Under the pieces are notes generated by a model. That model had not been told where the DNA came from. It was given only the letters and a program-made list of their open reading frames with translations, and searched no databases. Both the position numbers and the translations under genes were made by a program. 64,000 nt of DNA. It comes from Candidatus Poribacteria bacterium (GTDB taxonomy: Bacteria; Poribacteria; WGA-4E; JAJDTR01). This document shows positions 49,952-61,287 of this stretch, one piece after another. Within the stretch, counting starts at the first letter, position 1, and every line of letters begins with the position of its first letter. The stretch lies in the NCBI GenBank assembly GCA_965222225.1, contig CBDCTK010000002.1, positions 2,784,001-2,848,000 on the forward strand, in the 5' to 3' direction.

Positions 49952-52219
49952 CTATGCACCGCGCACTGACTTCAGTCGCAAAGAATTCGTAACTACGAAC
50001 ACTGAACTGCACGCCATCGCCCCCGCGGCAATCATCGGATTTAGCAGGAAACCATCGAGAACCGGATACAGCACGCCAGCCGCAATCGGAATACCCAGCA
50101 CGTTATAGAAAAACGCCCAAAAAAGGTTCCACCGAATGGTTCGGAACGTTCTGTAACTCAACTTAATCGCTGTGACAACGCTCATCAAATCGCCCTTGAT
50201 TAGGGTGATGTCCGCCGTTTCGATCGCAATGTCCGTCCCTGTGCCTATGGCAATTCCTACGTCGGCGCGCGCAATGGCGGGGGCGTCATTTATACCATCG
50301 CCAACCATGGCTACCACCTTCCCCGCCTCTTGCAATTCACGGACACGCCTCGCCTTGTCCTCGGGCAGTACTTCCGCTTGATACCGATCGATCCCTACTC
50401 GCTCCGCAATTGCATGAGCCGCGCTCTCATTATCGCCCGTCAACATCACCGTTTCCAATTTCAATTCACCCAATGCACGCACGGCTTCGGCGGCTCGCGC
50501 CGTGAGCGGATCGGCAATCGCAAGCAGCCCGCCAATCCGTTTGTCTATAGCAATCCAAACGGACGTATTTCCTTCAATTGACAGCTTTGATTCCGCCTTA
50601 ACGCCGTCCGTGGGCAATTCAACGCCGGCACCTTCCATCAACCGACGATTGCCGATATGCACAATCTGACCGTTGACAACGGCTCGGATCCCGTGTCCGG
50701 CGATGGCTTCAAACTCTTGGAGGCTTTCCGTCACCCGTTCGCCCACCAATTGGGCATCCGGGTAACGATCAGCATAAGCGTGGAGGATGGCTTGCGCCAG
50801 CGGGTGTTCAGACCTCGACTCAACCGTAGCTGCAACTGACAACAGATCAGCTTCCCGATGACCGTAGAATGTCATTGCCTCTAGGACGGCCGGCTCACCC
50901 CGCGTTAGCGTACCCGTTTTGTCAAACGCAACCGTCGTGACACGACGCACTGTTTCAAGACTCTCGCCCCCCTTAATGAGGACGCCCAACTCCGCGCCTC
51001 GTCCGGTTCCAACCACGATAGCCGTTGGCGTAGCCAGCCCCAGCGCACAAGGGCAGGCGATAATCATCACCGCGATGAAATTCTGCAACGCTAATGTGAA
51101 ACTTGGACCAACCAAAATCCAGACGATGAACGTCAACGCAGCAATTCCAATGACAATCGGTACAAAGACTCCGGCAATTCGATCCGCGAGGCGCTGCACC
51201 GGGGCTTTCGACGCTTGTGCCTCTTCAACCAATGCGATAACCTGCGCCACCACGGTGTCTTCACCGATCTTGGTGGCTTCAAAAACAAAGCTGCCCATTT
51301 TATTGATAGTTCCGCCAATAACCTCGTCCGGAGTTTTTTTTGGCACGGGCATGGCTTCGCCCGTCAGCATCGACTCATCAACCGTTGAACTACCACCCCG
51401 TACAACGCCATCGACAGGAATCTTTTCGCCCGGACGTACCACTAGCTGATCTCCCACCTGCACCTTCTCAATCGGAATCTTAATCTCCGAGCCATCCCGC
51501 AGGATGTGTGCGCTCTTTGGCTGAAGTCCGACCAATTTCTTGACCGCTTCCGAAGTACGCCCCTTCGCTCGTGTCTCCAAGAATTTACCGGTGAGGACAA
51601 GCGTGATAATCATCGCAGCAGTTTCATAGTAATTTACACTGCTAGGCGTCGGCGAAAGAAACGACGCAATCGTCACAATGAGGCTGTACCCGTAAGCAGC
51701 GAAGGTGCCGACGCTGACGAGCACGTTCATATCGGCGGAGAATTGTTTCAGCGCGTTATATGCCCCCTTGTGAAAATGCCAGCCAGCCCAAAATTGGATT
51801 GGTGTCGTGGAGATAAGGAGGAGGGCGAGTTTCAAACGGAGGGCAAGTGAGGCGTGTGGATGGTAGAACATCAACCCCATGGAAAGGAGGGAGACGATTG
51901 CGCTGACGACAATCTTCCGCTTCAGTTGCGAAAGTTCGAGACGATGGGCTTCCTCCTGCGCCGTGATTCGCGCCTTCCGCGACTCTACCGCCGCCATCGG
52001 TTCATAGCCCGCGTCAACGATTGTTCGTTGGAGCGCCTCGAGACCGGCTAGCGCCTCATCGTACGTTACGATCGCCTGCTCCGTGCTAAAATTGACGCTC
52101 GTCTCCGAGACGCCGGGAACCGATCTCAGCGCCTTTTCAACCCTCGTAACACAAGCCGCGCAGTGCATTCCCCCAATAGCGATTATCGTCTTGCGAAGAG
52201 AGGTCCCTGTATCGTCCAT
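49952..52219 (-). CDS. copA: Cu(+)-exporting P1B-type ATPase
   Basis: [40 protein letters not shown]...MACSS. Confidence 0.93.
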   Translation of the reverse strand: MDDTGTSLRKTIIAIGGMHCAACVTRVEKALRSVPGVSETSVNFSTEQAIVTYDEALAGLEALQRTIVDAGYEPMAAVESRKARITAQEEAHRLELSQLKRKIVVSAIVSLLSMGLMFYHPHASLALRLKLALLLISTTPIQFWAGWHFHKGAYNALKQFSADMNVLVSVGTFAAYGYSLIVTIASFLSPTPSSVNYYETAAMIITLVLTGKFLETRAKGRTSEAVKKLVGLQPKSAHILRDGSEIKIPIEKVQVGDQLVVRPGEKIPVDGVVRGGSSTVDESMLTGEAMPVPKKTPDEVIGGTINKMGSFVFEATKIGEDTVVAQVIALVEEAQASKAPVQRLADRIAGVFVPIVIGIAALTFIVWILVGPSFTLALQNFIAVMIIACPCALGLATPTAIVVGTGRGAELGVLIKGGESLETVRRVTTVAFDKTGTLTRGEPAVLEAMTFYGHREADLLSVAATVESRSEHPLAQAILHAYADRYPDAQLVGERVTESLQEFEAIAGHGIRAVVNGQIVHIGNRRLMEGAGVELPTDGVKAESKLSIEGNTSVWIAIDKRIGGLLAIADPLTARAAEAVRALGELKLETVMLTGDNESAAHAIAERVGIDRYQAEVLPEDKARRVRELQEAGKVVAMVGDGINDAPAIARADVGIAIGTGTDIAIETADITLIKGDLMSVVTAIKLSYRTFRTIRWNLFWAFFYNVLGIPIAAGVLYPVLDGFLLNPMIAAGAMACSSVFVVTNSLRLKSVRGA

Positions 52220-52374
52220 TGGTGTATAGTTATTCGTACTGCGTAATGTCAAGCCCTAAATTTTCGCGCTCCAGAGGAGCGCAATGTGGATCATGCGGTT
52301 AAATTGATCTAATGAGATTCATTCAATCGCACTTCTTTTCGCCAACTGTCGTCACTAAACACTTACTCAGGTTT

Positions 52375-53199
52375 TTATAGACTCTGCAGATGGGAAATGG
52401 GACCTGTGTTTCCAAATCCCAACTCGATGGCTCGATCCATCATCTTCTGTTGGCGCGGCGTAGCGGTGTGCAGAAGATTCTCGCTGTAGAACCTACCCCA
52501 GTGATTCGTCTCTCCACGGAGAAAATCCATCAACCAGTCGAAGTGTTCCTGGTTCTTTTCAGCGGTTGTATTTTGGACCGCATTGAAGTAGATGACACGG
52601 CGCCCGGGATTATCGCTCAACGCGGCATGATGCGTCTTGTGATTCATGAAGATGACATCTCCCGGTTTGGTGCAGATTCGGTAATGCCCCGGAATCTCCT
52701 CGGGTTTAACGCCAACGCTGACGATAGTTTCACGGAGCGCGTCGCGGTATTCCTTGAAATGGCTGCCCGGAATGACGCTGAGGCAACCGTCGTCGGGACC
52801 GAGCGGATCCAGATAGATTGCGACCTTCATGCTGAAAAAGCCTTCAGGCCCGCAGGCATCGTGATGCCACCGAGTGCCGCCGGCGTGGATGACACCTTCG
52901 CTTAAGGTTAGGATGAAATCATCACCAAGTAGGGTTTCCAGGACATTAACAAATCGCTCATCATCAAGCAGAGGGTAAAACGCTTCCGGATCATAGTCGA
53001 AAAAGGGGATAGTCTGTTGCCTTCTTGCGGAATTACCTCCTTCATCTTGGCGAAGTTCCGGATCTTCCTCTCCGTCGCGCGCTTTTCTCATTGCCACATC
53101 AAAAGCGTCGGAAAGCACTCGCATTTCATCGGGAGACAGCAGTTGTTTCCATAGAAAGAAGCCTAAGGTTTCAAAGTGCCTGATTTGTTCCTCTGTCAT
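52375..53199 (-). CDS. Phytanoyl-CoA dioxygenase (PhyH) family 2OG-Fe(II) oxygenase
   Basis: WHHD, GCLSVIPGSH, PGDVIFM...H. Confidence 0.88.
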   Translation of the reverse strand: MTEEQIRHFETLGFFLWKQLLSPDEMRVLSDAFDVAMRKARDGEEDPELRQDEGGNSARRQQTIPFFDYDPEAFYPLLDDERFVNVLETLLGDDFILTLSEGVIHAGGTRWHHDACGPEGFFSMKVAIYLDPLGPDDGCLSVIPGSHFKEYRDALRETIVSVGVKPEEIPGHYRICTKPGDVIFMNHKTHHAALSDNPGRRVIYFNAVQNTTAEKNQEHFDWLMDFLRGETNHWGRFYSENLLHTATPRQQKMMDRAIELGFGNTGPISHLQSL

Positions 53200-53316
53200 G
53201 GTTTGTCCTCCATTATCATCTAGGTTTGGAATTGGCGTTCCTCGTTGGACATGGTGCGGATCTGACCGTTTGATTCAGTTACCTGAGCGCGAATCGTAGC
53301 GCAACGTTAGCTTATC

Positions 53317-55374
53317 TCAATTACCGATTAACTCGGGGCAATCGCACGTGCCGAGCCAGTCCAAAAGCCTCGGAATTTCGTGCTGGGCGATTCGAGCGCC
53401 CAGGTAGATTATATGCCCCGCCTGCCAGATGCATGTTTTCTCCCCATGCCTTCCGAGCGTTTGGGCGGTGGAATCGAGTTCCACACAGCGGGCATTAAGG
53501 CTTTGCAGGGAGGTGCCATCGGACAGTGTGACTTCGCCCCCAACCTCTACTTCGCTTAAAGATCGGACGCCGGTTATCGCTGGATTCGCAGAGAGCGTTT
53601 CGCAGTCTGATGCGAGCAGTATGCACTTTGCGGGCAACTCCGCGAACCGACCCCAGCATCCCACTTTCCGAGGCAGAGCGGCAATCACGAGATTGTACCG
53701 ACCCACCTCTTTCCAATTCAGCCCATCAAGCGATCGAGTCTCAATCGGGTCGTAATGCGTCCCGTATCGTACGGAAATGCCGTCAAGGATTCCCGCAAAG
53801 AACCGGTCAAGGCAGTCATCTTGACCAAACCCGTTCAGGCTCCACACGTGATAGTCGCGCAGTGCGGCGACGCGAGCCTCTATGCGTCGCGGGGTGCGCC
53901 TCTGAAATTCAATGTTGAGTTCACAGGATAGCTCCCAAGAGTCTACGTTTCCGTCGGGGAAGGTGGCGTCCGTGCCTACCGGGGGTCTCTCGGTGTTGCC
54001 GTAGCCCAGGTACATAATGCGTGTCGGCTCTTGTGCGGTGTGTTGTTCGTAGATACGATTGAGATGAGCCGGAGACGGATGCCGTCCTTCGTGTCCCTGC
54101 ATCCACGGCATAAGCTCTTTCCCGTGCCTGCGCGCCAGACCGGCGACGTATCCCATATCTCCGGGTATGCTGCCGTCGTTAAACCCGTTATCGGATGCCG
54201 GGTACGGGTCGGCAGACACAATGTCAATCTCGCGCGCCGACATATCGAGTGACATGCCGCCGTGATCATTCCCCACATAGAAACTGTTGCATCGCGTCAG
54301 GTTTCGGTAGGTTCTTAAAGTGCTCAGCCCCTCTTGGCACAACGTCTCCTTTGCGGTGCGCAGCAGGCGGGCGCAGGCGCGGTGAAGAGACCACATCCAG
54401 TCGGCATAGGCGCGCTCGCCGAATGCCTCCCGATACGTCCAGTGGCGAGGATAGGTGTCGTCAGGATTCAAGCGCTCAAAGTCGGTAATGGCATCGTCCG
54501 AATAGTCCCAGAGCGGCATCGACTGAGCGGGATTCGCGGGACCGTTGGGCACCGTTTGCAGAAAGTCCTCATCTCCCATCCGAATCCCCATGACGACATC
54601 GCTTGGAAATGTACCGCCGTTTGCTTCGGTCCATCGCGCAATCTCCTGCTTTATTTGGGCGCGAAATCCCTCGGCGGTTCCAATGGCGTGGGGACTTGCC
54701 GTGTTGCCAAAGTAGTTGGCGGGTTGGGGTTGCTCGTAGATGGGACCGCGCATGCGCCAGTAGACCGCCAGCATGACGTTGTCCAGATCGCCGCGCGCGC
54801 CAGTAAGGTCGAACTCCATGAGGTAGGTGTGTTCGTCGCGGGGCTCAATTGTGGCAGGAAGAGTCAGCAGGTGTTGCGCCCCATCGTAATCTTTCTCCTT
54901 GACGGTGACCTCGGCATGATGCGGCGGCAGTAGCTCCGCGAAATAACTGCCGTTTCCCAACGTCCAATCCGCGCCGAAGATAGGCTTTTCAATCAAGATC
55001 TCGTGTCGTTGGGGCGTGAAAGAAAAGCGGTGCCAGTCAATTGCCTCTCCTTCGTAGACGCCGCCGATCATGACGCACGAGGTCGGCGTGATGCGATGGG
55101 AGGCGATGCGATCCGCACGTAACGTAATGTTCTCAATCGTGAACGCCAACTGCAAGCCGTGCCTTCGCGCGCATTCCAAAGCCTGCGCGGGTTGAATTTC
55201 GTCGCCCACCCAGATGGCGGGATAGGTGTTTATCTCAACGCCTTCGATCCCATGGTCTTTCATATCGCGGAAATCTTCGTCCACGCCGTTGACGATATTC
55301 ACATAGGTCATCCACACGGTTGCTTCGTGCCAAGTTCGTGCCATATTACTTGCCTCCACAAACCTGCTGCTCAC
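53317..55374 (-). CDS. Hypothetical protein, possibly glycoside-hydrolase-like TIM barrel
   Basis: 685-aa ORF; DFRDMK.HGI.GV, GDE, DYSD.A..DF, DIVSADPYP, PWMQG; family not recognised. Confidence 0.6.
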   Translation of the reverse strand: MSSRFVEASNMARTWHEATVWMTYVNIVNGVDEDFRDMKDHGIEGVEINTYPAIWVGDEIQPAQALECARRHGLQLAFTIENITLRADRIASHRITPTSCVMIGGVYEGEAIDWHRFSFTPQRHEILIEKPIFGADWTLGNGSYFAELLPPHHAEVTVKEKDYDGAQHLLTLPATIEPRDEHTYLMEFDLTGARGDLDNVMLAVYWRMRGPIYEQPQPANYFGNTASPHAIGTAEGFRAQIKQEIARWTEANGGTFPSDVVMGIRMGDEDFLQTVPNGPANPAQSMPLWDYSDDAITDFERLNPDDTYPRHWTYREAFGERAYADWMWSLHRACARLLRTAKETLCQEGLSTLRTYRNLTRCNSFYVGNDHGGMSLDMSAREIDIVSADPYPASDNGFNDGSIPGDMGYVAGLARRHGKELMPWMQGHEGRHPSPAHLNRIYEQHTAQEPTRIMYLGYGNTERPPVGTDATFPDGNVDSWELSCELNIEFQRRTPRRIEARVAALRDYHVWSLNGFGQDDCLDRFFAGILDGISVRYGTHYDPIETRSLDGLNWKEVGRYNLVIAALPRKVGCWGRFAELPAKCILLASDCETLSANPAITGVRSLSEVEVGGEVTLSDGTSLQSLNARCVELDSTAQTLGRHGEKTCIWQAGHIIYLGARIAQHEIPRLLDWLGTCDCPELIGN

Positions 55375-55379
55375 ACCAT

Positions 55380-56168
55380 TCAGGACTGCGTGCGCAGGAA
55401 TTCAATGCTTGATCGAATGCCCTCTTCAAGACTGGCTTTGCGGTACACTTTGACGGACGCAAATCTTTCGTACCCCACCGATCTCAGTGCGTCCAACACG
55501 GATTTGAAATCAATACGACCGCGGCCCAATAGCCCTGCGTTACTCTCACACAGGTGCACATGGCGCAGCGACTCGCCGCACCGGTACACCGGCTCGGTCA
55601 GAGAAGTCTCCTCGATATTCATGTGAATCGTGTCCAACATCGGTTTGAATACAGGCACATCAATCTCGTCAATCAACCGTTGGACTTCGGCGAGCGAATT
55701 ATTGAATCCGACTTGAAGGTGATTCACCGGTTCGATGACGAACTCCACGCCCTTATCCAAAGCCGCAAGTCCAACTTCGCGAAGGCAGGTGACAATGCGT
55801 TGATTTGCCACTACGGGATCCGCTTCATCACTGCGTAACCCGTGCAGGAGACCGACGACAAGAATCGCATTGAACCGACTCGCCGTATCCAGATAGCTCT
55901 TTAGGCGTTCCACCGTGCGTTTTCGAATCTCCGGATCCGGCGAACTCAGGCACAATCCCTCTTCATAAGCGGCGCCGGTCAACAGCGCGGGGACAACCAA
56001 GCCGTTAGCGGCTATCGTGCTTTCCAGCTCATCCAATTGATTGAGCACATCGGGCGTCAGGTTTAACTCAACCCCGGCATAACCGCAGTCCTTCAAGAGG
56101 GCAAAGGTCGCTTGAACGTCGTCCTCGATTGCCGAGAAGTCAATTATGATATAGCTGTAGCGGAACAT
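55380..56168 (-). CDS. Sugar-phosphate isomerase/epimerase (xylose-isomerase-like TIM barrel)
   Basis: GYAGVEL, IEPVNH, LDTIHMNIEE, HVHLCESN. Confidence 0.88.
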   Translation of the reverse strand: MFRYSYIIIDFSAIEDDVQATFALLKDCGYAGVELNLTPDVLNQLDELESTIAANGLVVPALLTGAAYEEGLCLSSPDPEIRKRTVERLKSYLDTASRFNAILVVGLLHGLRSDEADPVVANQRIVTCLREVGLAALDKGVEFVIEPVNHLQVGFNNSLAEVQRLIDEIDVPVFKPMLDTIHMNIEETSLTEPVYRCGESLRHVHLCESNAGLLGRGRIDFKSVLDALRSVGYERFASVKVYRKASLEEGIRSSIEFLRTQS

Positions 56169-56201
56169 GAGGTATTTCCCTGTTGAGGGGAGCGACGTAT
56201 G

Positions 56202-56449
56202 AGAACCTGTTTGAATAGTCGGCAGCAAAGCTATTTTTAGTCATTTGAAGACAGGCTTTCATGTTTATGTATTTGCCCGCTATATACCTGTCGCCCCGCT
56301 GGGGCTTAGGTACGCAGGGTTTCGGTGTTTCTACACACCTTCATGAATCTCTATCGCAGTTGCTATTCGCTCCCTTGATCCCACTCTGGGGCTTTTAGAG
56401 GCTGGTGCGCAGTGCGCACCCTACAAACTGTACTTTTCAAACAGGCTCT
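56202..56449. mobile_element. MITE-like element with AGAACCTGTTTGAA...TTCAAACAGGCTCT ends containing REPs and a 35-bp element (56345-56380)
   Basis: 14-bp inverted termini with one mismatch; no transposase. Confidence 0.55.
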
Positions 56450-56783
56450 GATTCTCGGTGTAAGCCGCACTCAATAAATTGCCAAGCGTCGGCAACCCAG
56501 TGCCGCGCATTATATACCTTCCCTCAAAGGCAGTCAAGAAAAAGTCACCACAGAGTCGGGACAGCCGCTGCTTGATGCCGGGTATTCAAGGATTGAGTGT
56601 TGAAAGATTGGCGGAAGTATGAGATAATCCCTCGCAGACGGTGGTTCCGAGTCAAGCAATGGGCGGGCTTTTCGGATAGGGCGTGAGCCAAGCAGACTTA
56701 GGGTTGTCCCTGTCGTGCGACGCCGGATTACCAGCCTTGGACTCCCACAACTCAAAAATTCTAAATCTGAACGGAGTAAAATC

Positions 56784-58025
56784 ATGCTCTTCAACAAAAC
56801 TCGCGCTATGGCGTATATGGAGCGTTGCGGGGTGGACGTTCTCGTGGCGACTTCTCCCGTGAACATCACCTACTTTTCGGGCTACTACTGCTGGATTGAC
56901 CCGCTATTCAGAGAGTATATGATGGCACCGGGGGCGCCAAGTGACATACCGCAGAAGTTTGCGGTTTTCCCGCTTGAGAGTGAGCCTGCGCTTGTCGTGA
57001 GGCCAGATTTCGCGACGAACGCGGCGGATTTGTGGGTGCGCGATCTGCATATTGTCGGGAATCCGGTGATAGATACCTCTTTGACGCCGGAGACGTTGCC
57101 CGAAGATGACCAGCGGATTCTCGATCTGCTTCGATCGCCGCATCGCAATGCCAAACCGACCGATGCGTTACTGAGCATCCTGAATGCGCGAGGTCTGACC
57201 GAGGCGCGAATCGGGATGGAGATGGAAGGGCTTGCGCCGACCGCAAAGGCGGAAATCGCCGAAGCCTTGCCAAAGGCGACAATCATGGATTGCTCGGATC
57301 TGATTCGCTTTGTTCGGATGGTCAAGACGGAGGAGGAGTTGGCACGACTTACACGCGCCGCCGAAATTAGTGAAGAGGCGGGGATGGAAAGCCTGGCTTT
57401 GGCGCGAGCCGGGAAGACGATGGCACACGTTATCCAACACTACCGAGAGCGGATTGGCGAAGGAGGCGCGGATCTCGATCACTTCATGTTCGGCGTGAAC
57501 GGTCTGGGTTTTGCCTTGGAGCGGGACTACGTGTTGAAGGACGACGACGTGATGTACGTGGACTATGGTTGCATCTATCGGCACTATTTCTCGGACACCG
57601 GAACAACCTTGGCAATCGGAGAACCGTCGGCGGTGTTACGGGATAAACATGCCGCTCTGCGTGAATGTGTGATTCGAGCGGTAGACGTGGTATGCCCCGG
57701 GGTGAAATCGTCGGAAGTGCGAGCCGTCATGTGGGATACGCTCAATGCGCGCGGGATTACAGCTACGTTTCCGCACGGGCACGGGATGGGGCTGGAGGTG
57801 CGAGACTACCCGATCATCGTCGCCGACAACGGGTTGCGCATCAGCGATGATTGTGTGGATGTGGCGTCGGATCTCCCGTTTGAGGAGAACATGGTCATCA
57901 ATCTGGAGGCGATGACGTTTATGCCGGGTGTCGCCTCGCCGCACATTGAGCAGACGTTCCTCGTTACCGCGGATGGGTACCGACCGCTCTGCCCGCAAGA
58001 TCGGTCGGGGCCGGTGCGGCCGTAA
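56784..58025 (+). CDS. M24 family (Xaa-Pro/creatinase-like) peptidase
   Basis: RMVKTEEE, VDYG...YFSDT, HGHGMGL, INLE, HIEQT. Confidence 0.88.
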   Translation: MLFNKTRAMAYMERCGVDVLVATSPVNITYFSGYYCWIDPLFREYMMAPGAPSDIPQKFAVFPLESEPALVVRPDFATNAADLWVRDLHIVGNPVIDTSLTPETLPEDDQRILDLLRSPHRNAKPTDALLSILNARGLTEARIGMEMEGLAPTAKAEIAEALPKATIMDCSDLIRFVRMVKTEEELARLTRAAEISEEAGMESLALARAGKTMAHVIQHYRERIGEGGADLDHFMFGVNGLGFALERDYVLKDDDVMYVDYGCIYRHYFSDTGTTLAIGEPSAVLRDKHAALRECVIRAVDVVCPGVKSSEVRAVMWDTLNARGITATFPHGHGMGLEVRDYPIIVADNGLRISDDCVDVASDLPFEENMVINLEAMTFMPGVASPHIEQTFLVTADGYRPLCPQDRSGPVRP

Positions 58026-58151
58026 GCAATCTAGGATGCTGAAAGTCATGTTTAGCCGTGGATTTGCAAATCCGCAGAAGAAGCATTGTGCCGAGCGCAA
58101 GGAAAACTAGGTTGTAGGGAGCAAGCTTCCCGTAATTTGATGAGGGAAAAC

Positions 58152-61100
58152 ATGGATAGTAGACCAAATCCTGCGCAAGAGTTTGAACTGGGGCAGATTG
58201 TCGTCTTGAAATCAAATCCTTCTGTTCGCGGTGCGGTTGTCCGTGTAACGCCGGGAACCTCCGAAGACAGGATAGACGTTTTTATTGATGGAGACGTTCA
58301 GACCTTCTACACATCTCAGTTGCAGGTTGAAACCGAGCGCGATGACGACCTGCAGAACTTTACCTGCGATCAGTTTCACGCCTACCTGACCGCTCTGCAG
58401 ATTCGCTATCCGGGCTTATCGAATTTGTATTCGCTCAACGCGGCTCGTGTAGACTTCGTTCCCTACCAATACCGACCTGTTCTGAGATTCATCCGTTCCG
58501 ATCGTCCGAGACTGCTCATTGCCGATAGCGTTGGTGTTGGAAAAACCATTGAAGCGGGATTGATTCTGCGCGAATTGCAAGCCCGACGCGATATCAAGTC
58601 CGTTCTCATCATCTGTCCCCGGGCGTTGGTAACCGAACAAAAATGGTTACGAGAGATGAAAAGATTCTCCGAAGATTTCACTCATCTTGACGGGAAACTC
58701 TTGCAATACTGCATCAAGGAGACGCATCTGGATGGGGAGTGGCCCGAGCAATATGAGAAGGTCATTCTTCCCTACTCGTTGTTCGACAACAATCTCCTTT
58801 ATGGTCAAGGACAGGCAAGAGGGTTGTTAGATTTAGACCCACCCCCGCGTTTCGATCTGGTGATTGTGGATGAGGCGCACCACATCCGAAACCAGAACAC
58901 TGCCAATCACGAAGTTGTTCGGTTTTTCTGTGAGCATGCCGAAGCCGCGGTATTTCTAACCGCTACGCCTATCCAACTTGGCAGTCAAGACCTGTTTGTT
59001 CTGCTAAACACACTTCGTCCCGATCTTATCTTGGATGAGGAAGGCTTTAGACACATGTCGGAGCCGAACCCGTTTATTAACGAGGCGGTTGATGCTGCCC
59101 GCTCGCAGGAACGGGACTGGACGTGCCGGGCGAAAACAGCCCTGAGACAAGCCGTGGCAACCTCGTGGGGACAATCTATCCTTACGGACAATCCAGAATT
59201 TAATCGCATCCAAAGTCAACTTGCAAGCGAATCTGTCACCAATGCGCAACGGGTACAACTCATCACGGATCTTGAAGCGCTGCACACATTCTCAGGAATA
59301 CTCAACAGAACTCGCCGCCGCGATATTGGCGAGTTTACAATACGCCGCCCGCAAACCGTGAATGTCGATTTGACTGCTGATCAGAAACATCTCCATGAGT
59401 CGCTGCTGGAGACGCAGGCGGCGATATTCACAATGCTGCACGGCAATCAGAATGTCAAATTCATGATGACGACCATCCGCAGACAACTGGCGAGTTGTCT
59501 ATACGGACTTGAACCGCTGCTTGAAGAGATTCTGAGCCGCCATCTCGACGAACTCGCTTGGGCGGAAGCGGACACTGCGGAGTCAATGCCTCAAGAGGAG
59601 TCTGTGACGCCGATTCAGCGCCAGATTGAAAGAATTCTTGAAGAAGCGCGGACGCTCGCCTCCCCGGATCGAAAACTGGAAGCGCTCCGAAAAATCCTAC
59701 GTGAAAGGCAAAGTCTCCCCAATAACAAGGTGATGGTCTTTAGCAGTTTCCGTCACACGCTTGCTTATCTTTACAGACACCTTGAGTCGGATGGTTTTCG
59801 CGTCGGGATGGTGCATGGCGGGACGCCGGATGACGAACGGGTTGATTTGCGAGATTGTTTTGAAGGATCTGCCGAGGAGCGCGAGAGTCTTGACGTGATG
59901 CTGTTCTCGGAAGTGGGGTGCGAAGGATTGGATTATCAATTCTGCGACTGTATTGTCAACTACGACCTGCCGTGGAACCCCATGAGAATCGAACAAAGGA
60001 TCGGGCGCATCGATCGAAGGGGACAGCAGAGCGAGTATGTTACCATTATCAACCTAATAACGCCCGGGACGATTGATGCCGACATCTACGAACGCTGTCT
60101 GCTCCGCATCGGCGTGTTCGAGAGCGCGTTGGGGGGCAGCGAAGAGATCCTCGGCGAAATTACGACAGAACTCCGGGAAATCGCCGAGAATTATGACTTA
60201 ACCGAAGAAGAACGAAGAGCCAAGCTGCAACAGTTGGAAGATAACCAGATTCGGTTAATACAGGAAACAGAACTGCTGGAAGATCAGCAATTGGAACTGT
60301 TCGGCATCCGTTTCCCGGATGACAGAATGGAGAAGGAGGTGGAAGACGCGTCCAGTTTTTGGTTGTCCTCGAAATCCATACAGCGGCTCGTCACGCTTTA
60401 TCTTCAGAAACGATTGGGGGCCGAGCGAGAATACATCCTTGGTGAAAGGCCACTGAAAACGCTGCGACTTTCGGGAACCGCGAGAGAGACGTTATTGCAT
60501 GATTTCCGGCAACTTCCAAGAGAAAGGAGTCCGGTCAATAGAGAGTGGGAGAACTGGCTAAAAGGTGAGAATCAGCACTTGGTCATCACGTTTGAGGCAG
60601 ATGGTGCGACCCAGGATCCTGAAGCTGCGTTTATTATGCCAATTCACCCCTTGGTGAAACAAGCTTCGTTGGCGCTAGAAAGGTAACAAAACGTCGTCAC
60701 CGCTCTAAAATCCCAAACCGATGATGTTCCGGCAGGACGTTACGATTTTGCGATTTACCAGTGGCAGTTTCACGGTATCAAGGAGGACATGATTCTGAAG
60801 CCCATCGCATTAGAGGAGGGGTTAACCCCACACCTTAGCCGTCTACTTGAGAGCGCGGTAGATAGCGACGTGCAGGCGACCAATCAGGTGGCGAGGCGGG
60901 ATAAATTAGAAACCTTGCACTACCAACAATGGGCGGAGGAGCGTGAAAAACATCAACAGCGCTCTCAGGAACTCGCTTCTTACCGCAGAGAGAGTTTGAC
61001 AACGAGCCATCGGGCGCGGATTGCGCTGTTGGGAGAACAACTGCGACAGGCGACTTCAGAAAATATCCGGCGAATGAGGCAATCCCAAGTTGCCAATGCG

Positions 61101-61211
61101 GAGGCGGATTACGGGCGACGTGTTCGCGAGTTAAAGGCTGCAATGGCTAGGGCGGAAATTACGCAGGAGCTGGTGGCGTATGGGATTTTGGAAGTGGAAG
61201 GTAGTTCCTGA
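58152..61211 (+). pseudogene. SNF2/RapA-like helicase split by one in-frame TAA (60684-60686)
   Basis: LIADSVGVGKT, DEAHH, LTATP, YDLPWNPMRIEQRIGRIDR; the frame continues after TAA (QNVVTALK...FAIYQWQFHG) into ORF 60789-61211. Confidence 0.82.
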
Positions 61212-61287
61212 CATCCGTTTAGAATCTAGGTTGCGATTGATGACATTTGGCCAAAAAACAAAACACTCATTTTAAGGAGGGTGCGAC

